Shown one piece after another: positions 25,421 to 35,179 of a DNA stretch of 44,802 nucleotides (positions are counted from its first letter, which is position 1; the number at the start of each line of letters is the position of its first letter). This DNA comes from Thermoproteota archaeon (GTDB lineage Archaea > Korarchaeota > Korarchaeia > Korarchaeales > Korarchaeaceae). The notes under the pieces were generated by a model. The model made no database searches. It was not told the origin of the DNA and saw only the letters and a program-made list of their open reading frames with translations. The position numbers and the translations under genes are program-made. The stretch lies in the NCBI GenBank assembly GCA_027491435.1, contig JAOZFG010000021.1:1-44802 (forward strand), in the 5' to 3' direction.

Positions 25421-26862
25421 ATACTCTCATATTTTTTCTTCAACCTCTCATACATTTCCCTGCTTATCTTTCCCTCCCTGTACATCCTCTCCAATCTCTT
25501 CAGGATTTCAGACCCAAATTCGTCCTCTACAACCTCTTCTGCTATCTCCTCTTTTGTCATCTGGGGAGCAGCCTTCACCTCATCAGTCATTATGGATTCT
25601 TGGGTTGTGAATTCTTGGGCCTCCACCCCCTGTATGGGCACCTCCTCACTCTCAGAAGTAGTCAGGCTCTCCGACTGTGGCTTCTCCTCAGTCCTAATCT
25701 CAGACGGCAGTTCTAAGAGGCTCTTCTCCAACTCTTCCAATGCCTTAAGCTCATCCTTTATAGATCTCTCTATCTTAGTAAGATCTTCTAGGGAATATCC
25801 CTCCTCCTTAAGCTCTTGGAGAACCTTAAGCCTTTCTTTGAGCTCTTCTTTCTTCTCTTTTATTCCCTCAACTCCTTTCTCCTTCAAGAGCTTAGAGAAC
25901 TTAAGGATTAAGGTCAGCCTCTCCTGAAGCTCCTTAAGCCTCCTCCTGTAGTCGGCCAAGTCTACCTTTCCTTTAACGAAGTCAAGTTTGAGCTTCATTA
26001 TTTCCTCCTTAACCATCTCCTCAACATCTATCCTTTTGAATTTTGGGCTCAAAAGCTTGCCCCTCCCTGGGATCTCACCTTTAACCTCCCTCTCGATTTT
26101 TGGCGTTGGCTCCAGATAACTTTTACTGGTATCGTTCGTGATCTTAACATCTCTGGCTGAGGTGAGGTTTGTGGCACGATTTTCCTCAAATTTAGGAATT
26201 GAAAGAGAAGAGTAGTTTTCCTCCTTAAATGACCTCGGCGTCTCTTGAGAGTTTTGTAAGGTCTCCCCTGGCTTCTTCAGCTTAGGTAAGGCGTATCTAG
26301 ATCCCTTTCTAGGCTCAGCTCTTTTATCAACTATTTTTTTCATTTTAGATTTATTTTCGCTATGAATCCAGCCAGCGAGCTCTATCAAGGCATCTAAAGG
26401 CATGGTGACGTCTCCTATAGTTATAAGCTTGGGATCCTCGCTTACCATGGTTACCGCCAAACCCTCCACGTTGTTTGGCAGTTGCTTCTCTATGCCCATC
26501 AGAGATTCCACCCTGAACTCCGAGTAAGTGATGAGGCCCACCTCGTACTTGCCCTTTTGATCAGAGAGGAAGTTTACCAGATCTATTAGCTGATCTGCAC
26601 TCCCAACTTTTCCCACTGCTACTACAAAGTATTCCTTTTTCTTGCCGAAGAGGCCAAACCTGCCCCCTCCTAACTTGGGTATGAACATTATCATGTCATA
26701 AAGTGGAGAGACTTGTTTTGCCTCTATTATGTTTATTTTAGAGACATCCCCCACATCTGAGAACATCTTTGTTATTTTTCCCATGAGCTGAGCCAGCACA
26801 GAGGCCGGCACGCCAGGAGCTTGAGAGAGATCTGATGACATCAACTTATTTTCCTTTGGCAC
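25417..26862 (-). CDS. Hypothetical protein: globular N-domain, disordered linker, coiled coil, C-terminal SHOCT/CdvA-coil-like helix pair
   Basis: 481-aa ORF with E/K-rich heptads; C-terminus LKRLERMYREGKISREMYERLKKKYE. Confidence 0.75.
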   Translation of the reverse strand: MPKENKLMSSDLSQAPGVPASVLAQLMGKITKMFSDVGDVSKINIIEAKQVSPLYDMIMFIPKLGGGRFGLFGKKKEYFVVAVGKVGSADQLIDLVNFLSDQKGKYEVGLITYSEFRVESLMGIEKQLPNNVEGLAVTMVSEDPKLITIGDVTMPLDALIELAGWIHSENKSKMKKIVDKRAEPRKGSRYALPKLKKPGETLQNSQETPRSFKEENYSSLSIPKFEENRATNLTSARDVKITNDTSKSYLEPTPKIEREVKGEIPGRGKLLSPKFKRIDVEEMVKEEIMKLKLDFVKGKVDLADYRRRLKELQERLTLILKFSKLLKEKGVEGIKEKKEELKERLKVLQELKEEGYSLEDLTKIERSIKDELKALEELEKSLLELPSEIRTEEKPQSESLTTSESEEVPIQGVEAQEFTTQESIMTDEVKAAPQMTKEEIAEEVVEDEFGSEILKRLERMYREGKISREMYERLKKKYESI

Positions 26863-26875
26863 CTAAAAAGTGTTT

Positions 26876-27388
26876 TCATCCACTTTCCCTTCTGTTAAGT
26901 ACGGCTCTCAGCCTCACCCTTTGGCTGACACCTGATAAACCTGCCGCTATCACTATCAAGGCTAGGAAGGTGAGGAGGTCAGCCCTGACCACTAACAGGA
27001 AGGAACCAAGGACTACCAAGCCGCCCATCCTGTCCAGCTTTGGGTCTAACCACTTTTTGGATAAGTCGTGCGCCATTAGCCCCACTAGAAACATGGGTAA
27101 TATTGTGCCTAGCACTGAGGAGTAGTAGGAGTTGGGGAAGTCCACGAATATTGGAAGCAATACCATCACAGCTGAAGCGAGCGTGAGGACTGCAGCAATG
27201 TAAGCCTTCCCCCTGCTCCAATCTAGCTTGGTAAAGAGGTAGGATAGGACTACCAGGAGCAGCGAGTAGTAAAGCTTTACCACCAGCATCAAGATGGCGC
27301 CCGCGAAGGTGGAGACTATCTCCATCAAGGGGTAGAAGGCCATCATCCCTATCACGTCAGCAAGTCTGAACAGAGTTTTAGGCTGCAT
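26876..27388 (-). CDS. Hypothetical polytopic membrane protein
   Basis: 170 aa with five to six hydrophobic segments. Confidence 0.75.
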   Translation of the reverse strand: MQPKTLFRLADVIGMMAFYPLMEIVSTFAGAILMLVVKLYYSLLLVVLSYLFTKLDWSRGKAYIAAVLTLASAVMVLLPIFVDFPNSYYSSVLGTILPMFLVGLMAHDLSKKWLDPKLDRMGGLVVLGSFLLVVRADLLTFLALIVIAAGLSGVSQRVRLRAVLNRRESG

Positions 27389-27418
27389 CCCCGCTAGGGC
27401 TAGAGCAAAAAAATAAGG

Positions 27419-28837
27419 TTATTGTTTCCAGAAGTCCACCGGAGGCTTGTGATCTGGGGGTATTAAGGGCCTGTATTTCCTGCCTCTCAACCTCCTCCTG
27501 TGATCCTCCTTCGCCTTAGCCAGTAAATCGGGATCTGTCATCAGGTCCAGGGCCGTTAGGGCCATGACCTTTGCCGCATATATCAGAGACCTGTAACCCA
27601 ACGGAGAACCTGACTGGGCCGTGCTCTGCCATGAGTGGAAGGGCGTGCCCAGCACCCATGCGGCCGTGCTGAACTCAACTGTGGGAGCCTTCCAGCTCAC
27701 ATCTCCGACATCGGTAGAGCCTGGCATGTACTCTCCCTCTCCCCAGGGGTCTGGGACCTCGTCGTCAACGAGTTTGTCCATTAAGCGCTCCCAATCCGGC
27801 CTTCTGGACTTCCTAAGCTGATTCTCCTTGACGTCCCTGGGGATCGTCTTCGCAATCTCCTCAGCGAACTTCCTGGCTTCTTCCGAGAGTGGTGGGATGC
27901 CTAGAGCCCTCATGTTCTCAACTATCCTTTCGGAGATGGGCCTGTTGGGTATCACGTTATATATAGCGTCTACAAGCTCCTCCTTCACCTGAGTGCCGGA
28001 CATTAGAGCTGCTCCCTTGGCTATGTCGAGAACCCTCGCGTATATCCTCTCAAGCTGATCCACTTCTGGAGCTCTAACGTAGTACCAACTCCTGGCGTAA
28101 TCCGGGACCACGTTAGGCTGTTCCCCTCCCCTCTCTATCACATAGTGGATCCTGGCTTCCTGTATTATGTGCTCCCTTAGGTAGTTAACGCCCACGTTCA
28201 TCAGCTCCACCCCGTCCAGCGCGCTCCTCCCCTCCTCTGGTGAGGCAGCTGCGTGGGAAGCAACGCCGTAAAAGTGGAACCTGGCTGACTTAACGGCTAA
28301 AGAGCTCATCAGGGTGACGGCGTTCATGTCGGCTGGGTGGTGAGATAAGACAGCATCGACACCGTCGAAGAGCCCGTCCCTGACCATGAAGACCTTGCCG
28401 CTGAAGTTCTCCTCGGCAGGGGTTCCGTAGAATCGTATAGTTCCCTTCACCCCCTTGAGCTCCATCACCCTCTTAACGGCCATGGCAGCGGCTAGGCCTG
28501 AGGTCCCGTGTATGTTGTGGCCACAACCATGGCCTGGGGCTCCTGGTTTTAAGGGCTCTCTCCATGGGACAGGTTTCTGTGATAGACCAGGAAGGGCATC
28601 AAATTCCCCCATTATCCCTATTACAGGCTTGCCCTTACCCCAACTGGCCACAAAGGCCGTGGGCATGTCAGAGACTCCTCTCTTAACGTGAAATCCAGCC
28701 GCTTCTAGGGTGTCGGCGAGCAACTTCGATGACTTGAACTCCTGGAGGCCTAACTCAGCGTACTCCCATATCTTCATGGATATATCTATAAAGAGGGACC
28801 GATTAGACTCGATATAATCGACTACATCCTCCAGCAT
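27419..28837 (-). CDS. M20 amidohydrolase, AbgB-like
   Basis: Motifs GEFDALPGLSQ, GHGCGHN, GTPAEE, HAAASPEEGRSALD and GSTDVGDVSW. Confidence 0.93.
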   Translation of the reverse strand: MLEDVVDYIESNRSLFIDISMKIWEYAELGLQEFKSSKLLADTLEAAGFHVKRGVSDMPTAFVASWGKGKPVIGIMGEFDALPGLSQKPVPWREPLKPGAPGHGCGHNIHGTSGLAAAMAVKRVMELKGVKGTIRFYGTPAEENFSGKVFMVRDGLFDGVDAVLSHHPADMNAVTLMSSLAVKSARFHFYGVASHAAASPEEGRSALDGVELMNVGVNYLREHIIQEARIHYVIERGGEQPNVVPDYARSWYYVRAPEVDQLERIYARVLDIAKGAALMSGTQVKEELVDAIYNVIPNRPISERIVENMRALGIPPLSEEARKFAEEIAKTIPRDVKENQLRKSRRPDWERLMDKLVDDEVPDPWGEGEYMPGSTDVGDVSWKAPTVEFSTAAWVLGTPFHSWQSTAQSGSPLGYRSLIYAAKVMALTALDLMTDPDLLAKAKEDHRRRLRGRKYRPLIPPDHKPPVDFWKQ

Positions 28838-28867
28838 AGGCCCCCGCTATTAAGCAGGAGATAAAAT

Positions 28868-29461
28868 TTAAGCTAAATCTGTCAGGAGCTCCCTGAGCTC
28901 TTCACTCTCCATGATGAGTTCTTCCATCAATCTGGACTTGCCCATGTGTCCTCTAATATAGGAAAGCTTACCCCTGCCCAGAGATAACTCGTCTAAAGTG
29001 TACTCTAGGCTACTCTGACTGACGACCTTCACCTCATCTATAAGGGCCCATTCTTCTACCCCTAGGAGTAAGTTCAGCCCGCGTATCGCTCCCTCCTTAA
29101 TCCCAAGCTCCCTAACTAAAAGGTCCTCAGCTTCAAGCAAAGATGTGTTAACGGGAAACAATAAGTTGAAACGATAAGACTTTCTAGCTTTTAATAGCCC
29201 TTCTCTTAACTTAGGAACCCTTTCAGCGTACTTATCGTATGAGTCCATTAACTTCTTGAAGACCTCTTTAGGGTCTATGAGCTGATCTAATTTGACGTCT
29301 CCATTACCAGGCCTGGGCTTTGGAATTATCAGAGGAATGAAGTGCTCAAGCCTGTTGGCCCACTTACTGAAGAATACGTCCACGTAAACCCGGACTTCAT
29401 GAGTCTCCCCAGCCGCTTTAACGGTCAACGTGACGGGTTTCACAGGGACTTCTAGAAGCAT
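28868..29461 (-). CDS. Hypothetical protein
   Basis: 197-aa ORF co-oriented with its neighbours. No family recognised. Confidence 0.65.
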   Translation of the reverse strand: MLLEVPVKPVTLTVKAAGETHEVRVYVDVFFSKWANRLEHFIPLIIPKPRPGNGDVKLDQLIDPKEVFKKLMDSYDKYAERVPKLREGLLKARKSYRFNLLFPVNTSLLEAEDLLVRELGIKEGAIRGLNLLLGVEEWALIDEVKVVSQSSLEYTLDELSLGRGKLSYIRGHMGKSRLMEELIMESEELRELLTDLA

Positions 29462-29700
29462 CCAGTATTAGTGACCTGACAACTTAAAGCTTTCAACATA
29501 CAGTTGATAAGACGCAGTCGTTGCAGGCCAGTATTTCTTCTAGCAAGCTGTCTAGTTGATGACGAAGCTACTTTACTCGAATTGACCGCCCCCACTTATA
29601 GAGCTGGTTAACCACCCGAAAAGTTAGATGAAGTCCCTAAATTGCCACGGTAGAAAGCCTACCTCACCCCTTATTTATATTCCGCCGGTCTTAAGCCTTA

Positions 29701-29750
29701 CCTGATGAGTTGTAAACGTTATGAGCTGAGAGTACCCTCTATAACTGAGG
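29701..29750 (+). ncRNA. Candidate C/D-box sRNA
   Basis: CTGATGA (29702), 12-nt guide, ATGA, GC, TGAGA, 13-nt guide, CTGA (29745-29748). A TTTATAT element sits at 29674-29680. Confidence 0.3.
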
Positions 29751-30530
29751 CTTTAGGCGCTATATTCATCTACCTGCCTGACTTCGCCTTAGTCGAAGTG
29801 AGGTCCATCGACCCTCTTAGGGCTCATCCTAACCAGTGTTGATCTTAATACACGAGGGGACACGTGTTCACCGTTGTGGCCCTGAATCGTAAGCTACCAT
29901 CTATGGGAGTCGACCCGTATTACATTACGTTTATGTGTCCACCAAAAAACCCATCAGGAGAAATCAACACGTGATCATAGCCCTATCAACCCTGATAGGA
30001 CTTTCCCTAACGCTTCAGATCATCTACAGGATTACAGAAAGCTCTGATTTTGCTATACTCTACTTAATGAACCTCATAGGCTCCTGGGGACTTCATACTA
30101 GCCCTGGAATCGCTAGCATATCTCGAAGATTCATGGGTAGAGGATAAGGGGAGCTCGTCTTACTTCTGCGTTAAGGACTGGAGGCCTCCTCGATGGTTGG
30201 ACAAGTTCAGTCCCTTCTTAAGGAGGGTCGCCTTAACTGTACCCCTTTCATCCCCAATTGGAGTCAGGGTATATGTAAAGTGAGGAAGGACCTTTAAGAA
30301 GCCTGGAATTAAACCTAGACCAAAAGATATTCGTGCTCTCTGTATACTCTAGGATTAATTTTGGCCTTTATCTGGTCTCTAACCTATAACAACTCGAATG
30401 AGTGACGACGAATTGCCGTCCCGGTAAACGATCTTCACGAAAACATTTGGATAAAAATTTTACCAGAAATTCGCATCCCATGCTAATCAGATACCTTTTT
30501 ATTTTGTCTTGAAGGGCTCGCGGAGGGACT

Positions 30531-32330
30531 ATGAATAAGTACAAGCCCCTATTCATCCTGTTGGCCCTTCTACTGATCATTCCATACTTGGCAACCCCTC
30601 TTAAGGCATCCCCAGAGGAAAAAGAGCTCAAGTTTGAGTTAATGGTTCTAAGTTGGGACGGTCTGTCCGTTACTGCCGGAGAGGTCATAGCTGAGCAATT
30701 AAAGAAGGTCGGGATAAAAGTGGAGGTCTCAGCTCTAGACGACGCTGTCATGTACCCCAGGATAGATAAGAGAGACTACGACGCTGAGGAGATGGCTTAC
30801 GGAGTCGATCCCATACCAACTTACTTTTACGACCGCTTCCACTCATCTCAGGACTTTGAGGGTGGAAACAACGCCTGGAGCTATCATAACCCAGAGGTGG
30901 ACAAGCTTCTCGATCAGGCCTTCTCCACTGGCGACGTGAACAAGGCAAAGGAGCTGTTCCACAGGGCAGAGGCCTTAATAGCGGAGGACGTGCCCTACAT
31001 ACCCCTCTTCCTGGCTAAGGACGTTCACGCCTTTGCTAAGGGGTGGAAGAACTGGACCGTCATGCCAGCCGGCCCCATCTCGCCCTACAACAAGTTGACG
31101 CCCATCTACATATACAATGAGGATGGGAAGGACACCATGGTTATCAGGTACCCATCGGCCCCCGAGCCGCTGAGCCCCATGGCAGCAGACAACGGAAGGG
31201 CTCTCTACTACTGCTCCCTAGTTTACGACACCCTGATCGCCTACGATCCCCATCTGAAGCCAATACCTTGGCTGGCCAAGAGCTGGGAGATAAGCGATGA
31301 TGGCAAGACCATAACCTTCCACCTGAGGGAGGGGGTGAAGTGGCACGACGGCAAGCCCCTAACCTCCGAGGACGTGGCCTTCACCTTCAACTACATAAAG
31401 GAGAAGAAGGTGACCGGGGGCATATACACGGTCCACCTGATAAGGTTGTTGGATAGCGTTGAGACCCCCGATGAGCACACCGTCGTGGTTCACCTGAAGA
31501 GCCCGTTCCCGTTCGCCTTACACGTGTTCGGATACACCTTCATAGTGCCCAAGCACATATGGGAGAAGATAGATGAGTACGACTGGCCCGCCAGCAAGGC
31601 CCCAGAGTACGCCGTGGGCTCAGGCCCCTTCAAGTTCGTGAAGTACGTTGAGGGCGAATACTTAGAGCTGGCCAGGTTTGATGACTGGTGGGGCAAGAAA
31701 CCAAACATAAAGAGGCTGATAATCAAGATAATCAAGGAGGACGAGTCCACGATACTGCAGATAAAGAAGGGGGAGGTCACCACCTTCAGGTACGGCCTGA
31801 TGTCCCCCGGACTTATAAAGGCGGTTAGGAAGGATCCAGACCTCCAGGTGGTCGAGGCGATAGACCAGTGGGATTACCTGCTCGCCTTCAACAACAAGAG
31901 ATGGCCCTTCACCATAAAGGAGGTCAGGCAGGCCATAGCCTACGCCATCGATAAGAAGGAGATAGTTAAGAAGCTTTTGGACGTGGGGATAATAACTGAC
32001 AACTACGTGTTTGAGCAGTGGTACGGCGACTGGGCCAACCCCAACGTGCCTAAGTACGAGTACAACCCGGAGAAGGCTAAGGAGCTGTTGAGAAAGGCAG
32101 GGTTCGTTGACGTGGACGGCGATGGAATACTTGAGTACGCCCCCGAAAAGGCGAAGCCCACAACGCCAAGCCCAACGAAGACCCAGACAGTTCAGCCAAC
32201 AACCCAGAAGCCGACTCCAACTCCCACGACAACTGAGAAGCCCTCTGGTCCTGACATGACCCTTGTAGCTGGCGTTATCATACTGATCATAATAGTGTTG
32301 GCGGCCCTGTGGTACCTGAAGAAGCGTTAG
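30531..32330 (+). CDS. dppA: Peptide ABC transporter substrate-binding protein (family 5), circularly permuted, with C-terminal TM anchor
   Basis: Motifs PWLAKSWEISDDGKTITFHLREGVKWHDG, GSGPFK, VRQAIAYAID and YNPEKAKELL; Thr/Pro linker plus TM. Confidence 0.93.
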   Translation: MNKYKPLFILLALLLIIPYLATPLKASPEEKELKFELMVLSWDGLSVTAGEVIAEQLKKVGIKVEVSALDDAVMYPRIDKRDYDAEEMAYGVDPIPTYFYDRFHSSQDFEGGNNAWSYHNPEVDKLLDQAFSTGDVNKAKELFHRAEALIAEDVPYIPLFLAKDVHAFAKGWKNWTVMPAGPISPYNKLTPIYIYNEDGKDTMVIRYPSAPEPLSPMAADNGRALYYCSLVYDTLIAYDPHLKPIPWLAKSWEISDDGKTITFHLREGVKWHDGKPLTSEDVAFTFNYIKEKKVTGGIYTVHLIRLLDSVETPDEHTVVVHLKSPFPFALHVFGYTFIVPKHIWEKIDEYDWPASKAPEYAVGSGPFKFVKYVEGEYLELARFDDWWGKKPNIKRLIIKIIKEDESTILQIKKGEVTTFRYGLMSPGLIKAVRKDPDLQVVEAIDQWDYLLAFNNKRWPFTIKEVRQAIAYAIDKKEIVKKLLDVGIITDNYVFEQWYGDWANPNVPKYEYNPEKAKELLRKAGFVDVDGDGILEYAPEKAKPTTPSPTKTQTVQPTTQKPTPTPTTTEKPSGPDMTLVAGVIILIIIVLAALWYLKKR

Positions 32331-32355
32331 CCTCCCTTCTCCCTTTTTTAGGAGG
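32331..32355 (+). terminator. Pyrimidine/T-tract after the SBP gene, with a CCTCC...GGAGG hairpin covering the dppB RBS
   Basis: cctcccttctcccttttttaggagg lies immediately after the stop codon at 32330. Confidence 0.45.
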
Positions 32356-32362
32356 TTTCTTT

Positions 32363-33343
32363 ATGGGGTTCAAGGAGTATGTGGCCAGGAGGTTACTCTC
32401 TTCCCTGGTCACCTTCTTCCTGATAATAGTGCTGAACTTCTTTATATTCAGGATAATGCCCGGAGATCCCACCAGGACCATAGCTAGGGATGCCAGGTTA
32501 CTGCCGGAGCAGAGAGAGCTTCTAAAGAAGAGGTTCGGGTTGGACAGGCCCTTGTGGGACCAGTTCATCCTTTACCTGGTAAACCTCTTCAGGGGGGACC
32601 TGGGCCTTTCCTTCCAGTACAGGGGGACTCCGGTAGTGGAGGTCATATTGGGCAGGAGGATGCTGAACACCTTCCTGTTGATGGGAAGTTCCATAGCCGT
32701 CGCCTTGGTTATAGGCATGACTTTAGGCACGATAGCCGCCTGGAAGAGGGGCTCCAAGGCCGACATCGCCGCCATAATATTTTCCCTGGTCACGTACTCC
32801 ATACCCACTTTTTGGATGGGGATGCTCCTGATACTGGTCTTCGGCTATTACCTGGATTGGATCCCCATCAGCGGGACCATAACCACAGGGGTTGAGTATC
32901 AAACCTTCTGGGAGTACGCAGCAGACTACCTTCACCACATGGTCGGCCCCATGGTAACTTTGGTGATCTCCTTCATAGGGTATCACTTCCTCCTGATGAG
33001 GAACTCCCTGCTGGACGTCTTCACCGAGGATTACATGCTGACTGCTATTGCAAAGGGACTCAGCACTAGGACCATACTGTTCAAACACGCTATGAGGAAC
33101 GCCCTGCTCCCCATGATATCCGTCATGGCTTTGGAGGTAGTTTACCTGTTCAGCGGAGCTACGGCCACTGAGACCGTCTTCACCTGGCAGGGGTTAGGCC
33201 TGCTGATATACGAGTCTGTGGTAAAGCAGGACTACCCCGTGCTTCAGGGCATATTCATATTCATGGCCTTAGCCGTGCTCACGGCCAACTTCGTAGCCGA
33301 CGTGGTCTACGCCTTAGTGGACCCCAGGATAAGGTACGGGTAG
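32363..33343 (+). CDS. dppB: Peptide ABC transporter permease
   Basis: Motifs MPGDP, GDLGLSF, EDYMLTAIAKGL, HAMRNAL and DPRIRY. Start placed at ATG 32363 after GGAGGT. Confidence 0.95.
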   Translation: MGFKEYVARRLLSSLVTFFLIIVLNFFIFRIMPGDPTRTIARDARLLPEQRELLKKRFGLDRPLWDQFILYLVNLFRGDLGLSFQYRGTPVVEVILGRRMLNTFLLMGSSIAVALVIGMTLGTIAAWKRGSKADIAAIIFSLVTYSIPTFWMGMLLILVFGYYLDWIPISGTITTGVEYQTFWEYAADYLHHMVGPMVTLVISFIGYHFLLMRNSLLDVFTEDYMLTAIAKGLSTRTILFKHAMRNALLPMISVMALEVVYLFSGATATETVFTWQGLGLLIYESVVKQDYPVLQGIFIFMALAVLTANFVADVVYALVDPRIRYG

Positions 33344-33347
33344 GAGC

Positions 33348-34226
33348 ATGAAGGGGTTAAAGTTAAGGTTAAGAGTACTCAGGAGGAGGGTCTCGAACTT
33401 CTGGAGGATTTACAGGACCAGCAAGTTGGGGTTAGCTGGCCTAGCCATAATACTGGGCTACGTGGCCCTGGCCGTGATGGCCCCCTACATAACCCCCTAC
33501 GACCCCTTTGAGAGCGTCGCCCTGCCCTTCGAGGAGCCATCTCCTCAACACCCGCTGGGCACGGATCACCTGGGAAGGGACCTCTTGAGCGAGCTAATTT
33601 ACGGCACCAGAGTATCCCTCATGATAGGCCTGACGGCCAGCTTCATCTCGGTCATGATAGGCACTACCGTAGGGCTTATAGCCGGCTTCTTCGGGGGCAA
33701 GGTCGACACGGTGCTTATGAGGCTCACGGACACCTTCATACAGATGCCTCAGCTCCCCCTGATGCTCATATTCGTCTCTATACTGGGTAAAGGAATACTG
33801 AACATAGTGCTGGCCATCTCAGTCGTCGCCTGGACGGCGAGCGCAAGGATAGCCAGATCTTTAACCCTCTCACTTAAGGAGAGGCCTTTCGTGGAGGCAG
33901 CCAGGGCTGTAGGAGCAGGAAGCTTCCAGATCCTGTGGAGGCACATAGTGCCCAACGTGTTCCCGGTGATATTCGCATACGCTAACATAGCCGTGGTGGA
34001 CGCCATACTCTCTGAGTCATTCCTTAGCTTCATAGGCTTTGGAGATCCCAGGACACCGAGCTGGGGCATGATCCTCTACTTCGCCAGCAGGTCTGGGGCC
34101 ATGAGCAATGGATTTTGGTGGTTCGTCATACCGCCAGGCCTCATGATAATGACGCTAGCCCTGGGATTTGCGATAACTAACTACAGCCTGGATCAGGTGC
34201 TGAACCCGAGGCTGAGGAGGAGGTAG
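33348..34226 (+). CDS. dppC: Peptide ABC transporter permease
   Basis: Motifs HPLGTDHLGRD, FVEAARAVGA, LSFIGFG and PSWG. Confidence 0.95.
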   Translation: MKGLKLRLRVLRRRVSNFWRIYRTSKLGLAGLAIILGYVALAVMAPYITPYDPFESVALPFEEPSPQHPLGTDHLGRDLLSELIYGTRVSLMIGLTASFISVMIGTTVGLIAGFFGGKVDTVLMRLTDTFIQMPQLPLMLIFVSILGKGILNIVLAISVVAWTASARIARSLTLSLKERPFVEAARAVGAGSFQILWRHIVPNVFPVIFAYANIAVVDAILSESFLSFIGFGDPRTPSWGMILYFASRSGAMSNGFWWFVIPPGLMIMTLALGFAITNYSLDQVLNPRLRRR

Positions 34227-34227
34227 C

Positions 34228-35175
34228 ATGCTCCTTAAAGTTAGAGACCTCAGGGTTTACTATGACACGGTTGCTGGAGTCGTCAAGGCGGTGGACGGGG
34301 TCTCCCTATCCGTGGAGAGGGGCGAGATAGTTGGCCTGGCTGGGGAATCTGGGAGCGGGAAGACGACGATGGCCAGGGCCATAATGAGGCTTCTGCCAAG
34401 CAACGCCAGGATTGTCTCGGGGGAGATAGTTCTGGATGGCGTGGACGTGCTCTCCCTGAGCGAGAGCGAACTTAAGGATTTTAGGTGGAAGAAGGTGTCC
34501 ATGGTCTTCCAGGGGGCGATGAACGCTCTAAACCCAGTCCTGAGGGTTGGGGAACAGATAGCGGAGGTTCTGGTGGAAAAGGCTGGATACGATAAGAGAA
34601 GAGCTTGGAGCAGGGTGGAGGAGCTGTTCAAACTGGTTGGCATAGACCCTTCTAGAACTAGAGATTATCCGCACGAGTTTAGCGGTGGGATGAGACAGAG
34701 GGCAGTAATAGCCATGGCCATAGCCCTCAACCCAGACTTAGTTATAGCCGATGAGCCTGTTACTGCCTTGGACGTGGTGGTACAATCGAAGATACTGGAC
34801 CTTCTTAAGAGGTTAAGGGATGAGCTGGGCATAAGCGTTCTCCTGATAACTCACGACCTCTCAGTCATAGCCGAGGCCTGTGACAGGACGGCGATAATGT
34901 ACGCTGGTAGGATAGTGGAGTACGGCTCCACCGAGGAGGTGTTCGAGGAGCCCCTTCACCCCTACACTAGAGCTTTGATCTCAGCCTTCCCCAGCATTAC
35001 GGGCGAGAGGAGGAGCTTTGAGCCCATAAAGGGTGATCCTCCAAACATGTTGAACCTCCCCCCTGGATGTGCGTTTCACCCCAGGTGTCCTAAAGCCTTC
35101 GATAAGTGCAGTAAGGAGGTACCGGAGCTAAAGGAGGTGAAGGGAAGGCTGGTGGCCTGTCACCTCTGGGGGTGA
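34228..35175 (+). CDS. dppD: Peptide ABC transporter ATPase
   Basis: Motifs GESGSGKT, FSGGMRQR, IADEP, HPYT and C-terminal Fe-S cysteines. Confidence 0.96.
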   Translation: MLLKVRDLRVYYDTVAGVVKAVDGVSLSVERGEIVGLAGESGSGKTTMARAIMRLLPSNARIVSGEIVLDGVDVLSLSESELKDFRWKKVSMVFQGAMNALNPVLRVGEQIAEVLVEKAGYDKRRAWSRVEELFKLVGIDPSRTRDYPHEFSGGMRQRAVIAMAIALNPDLVIADEPVTALDVVVQSKILDLLKRLRDELGISVLLITHDLSVIAEACDRTAIMYAGRIVEYGSTEEVFEEPLHPYTRALISAFPSITGERRSFEPIKGDPPNMLNLPPGCAFHPRCPKAFDKCSKEVPELKEVKGRLVACHLWG

Positions 35176-35179
35176 TCCA

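Noticed and set aside
30368-30751. 127-aa minus-strand ORF
   Set aside because: Mostly antisense to the SBP gene and its promoter, with atypical composition.
32155-32250. Repetitive CCAAC-rich DNA
   Set aside because: It encodes the Thr/Pro linker of the SBP and is not a DNA repeat or CRISPR.
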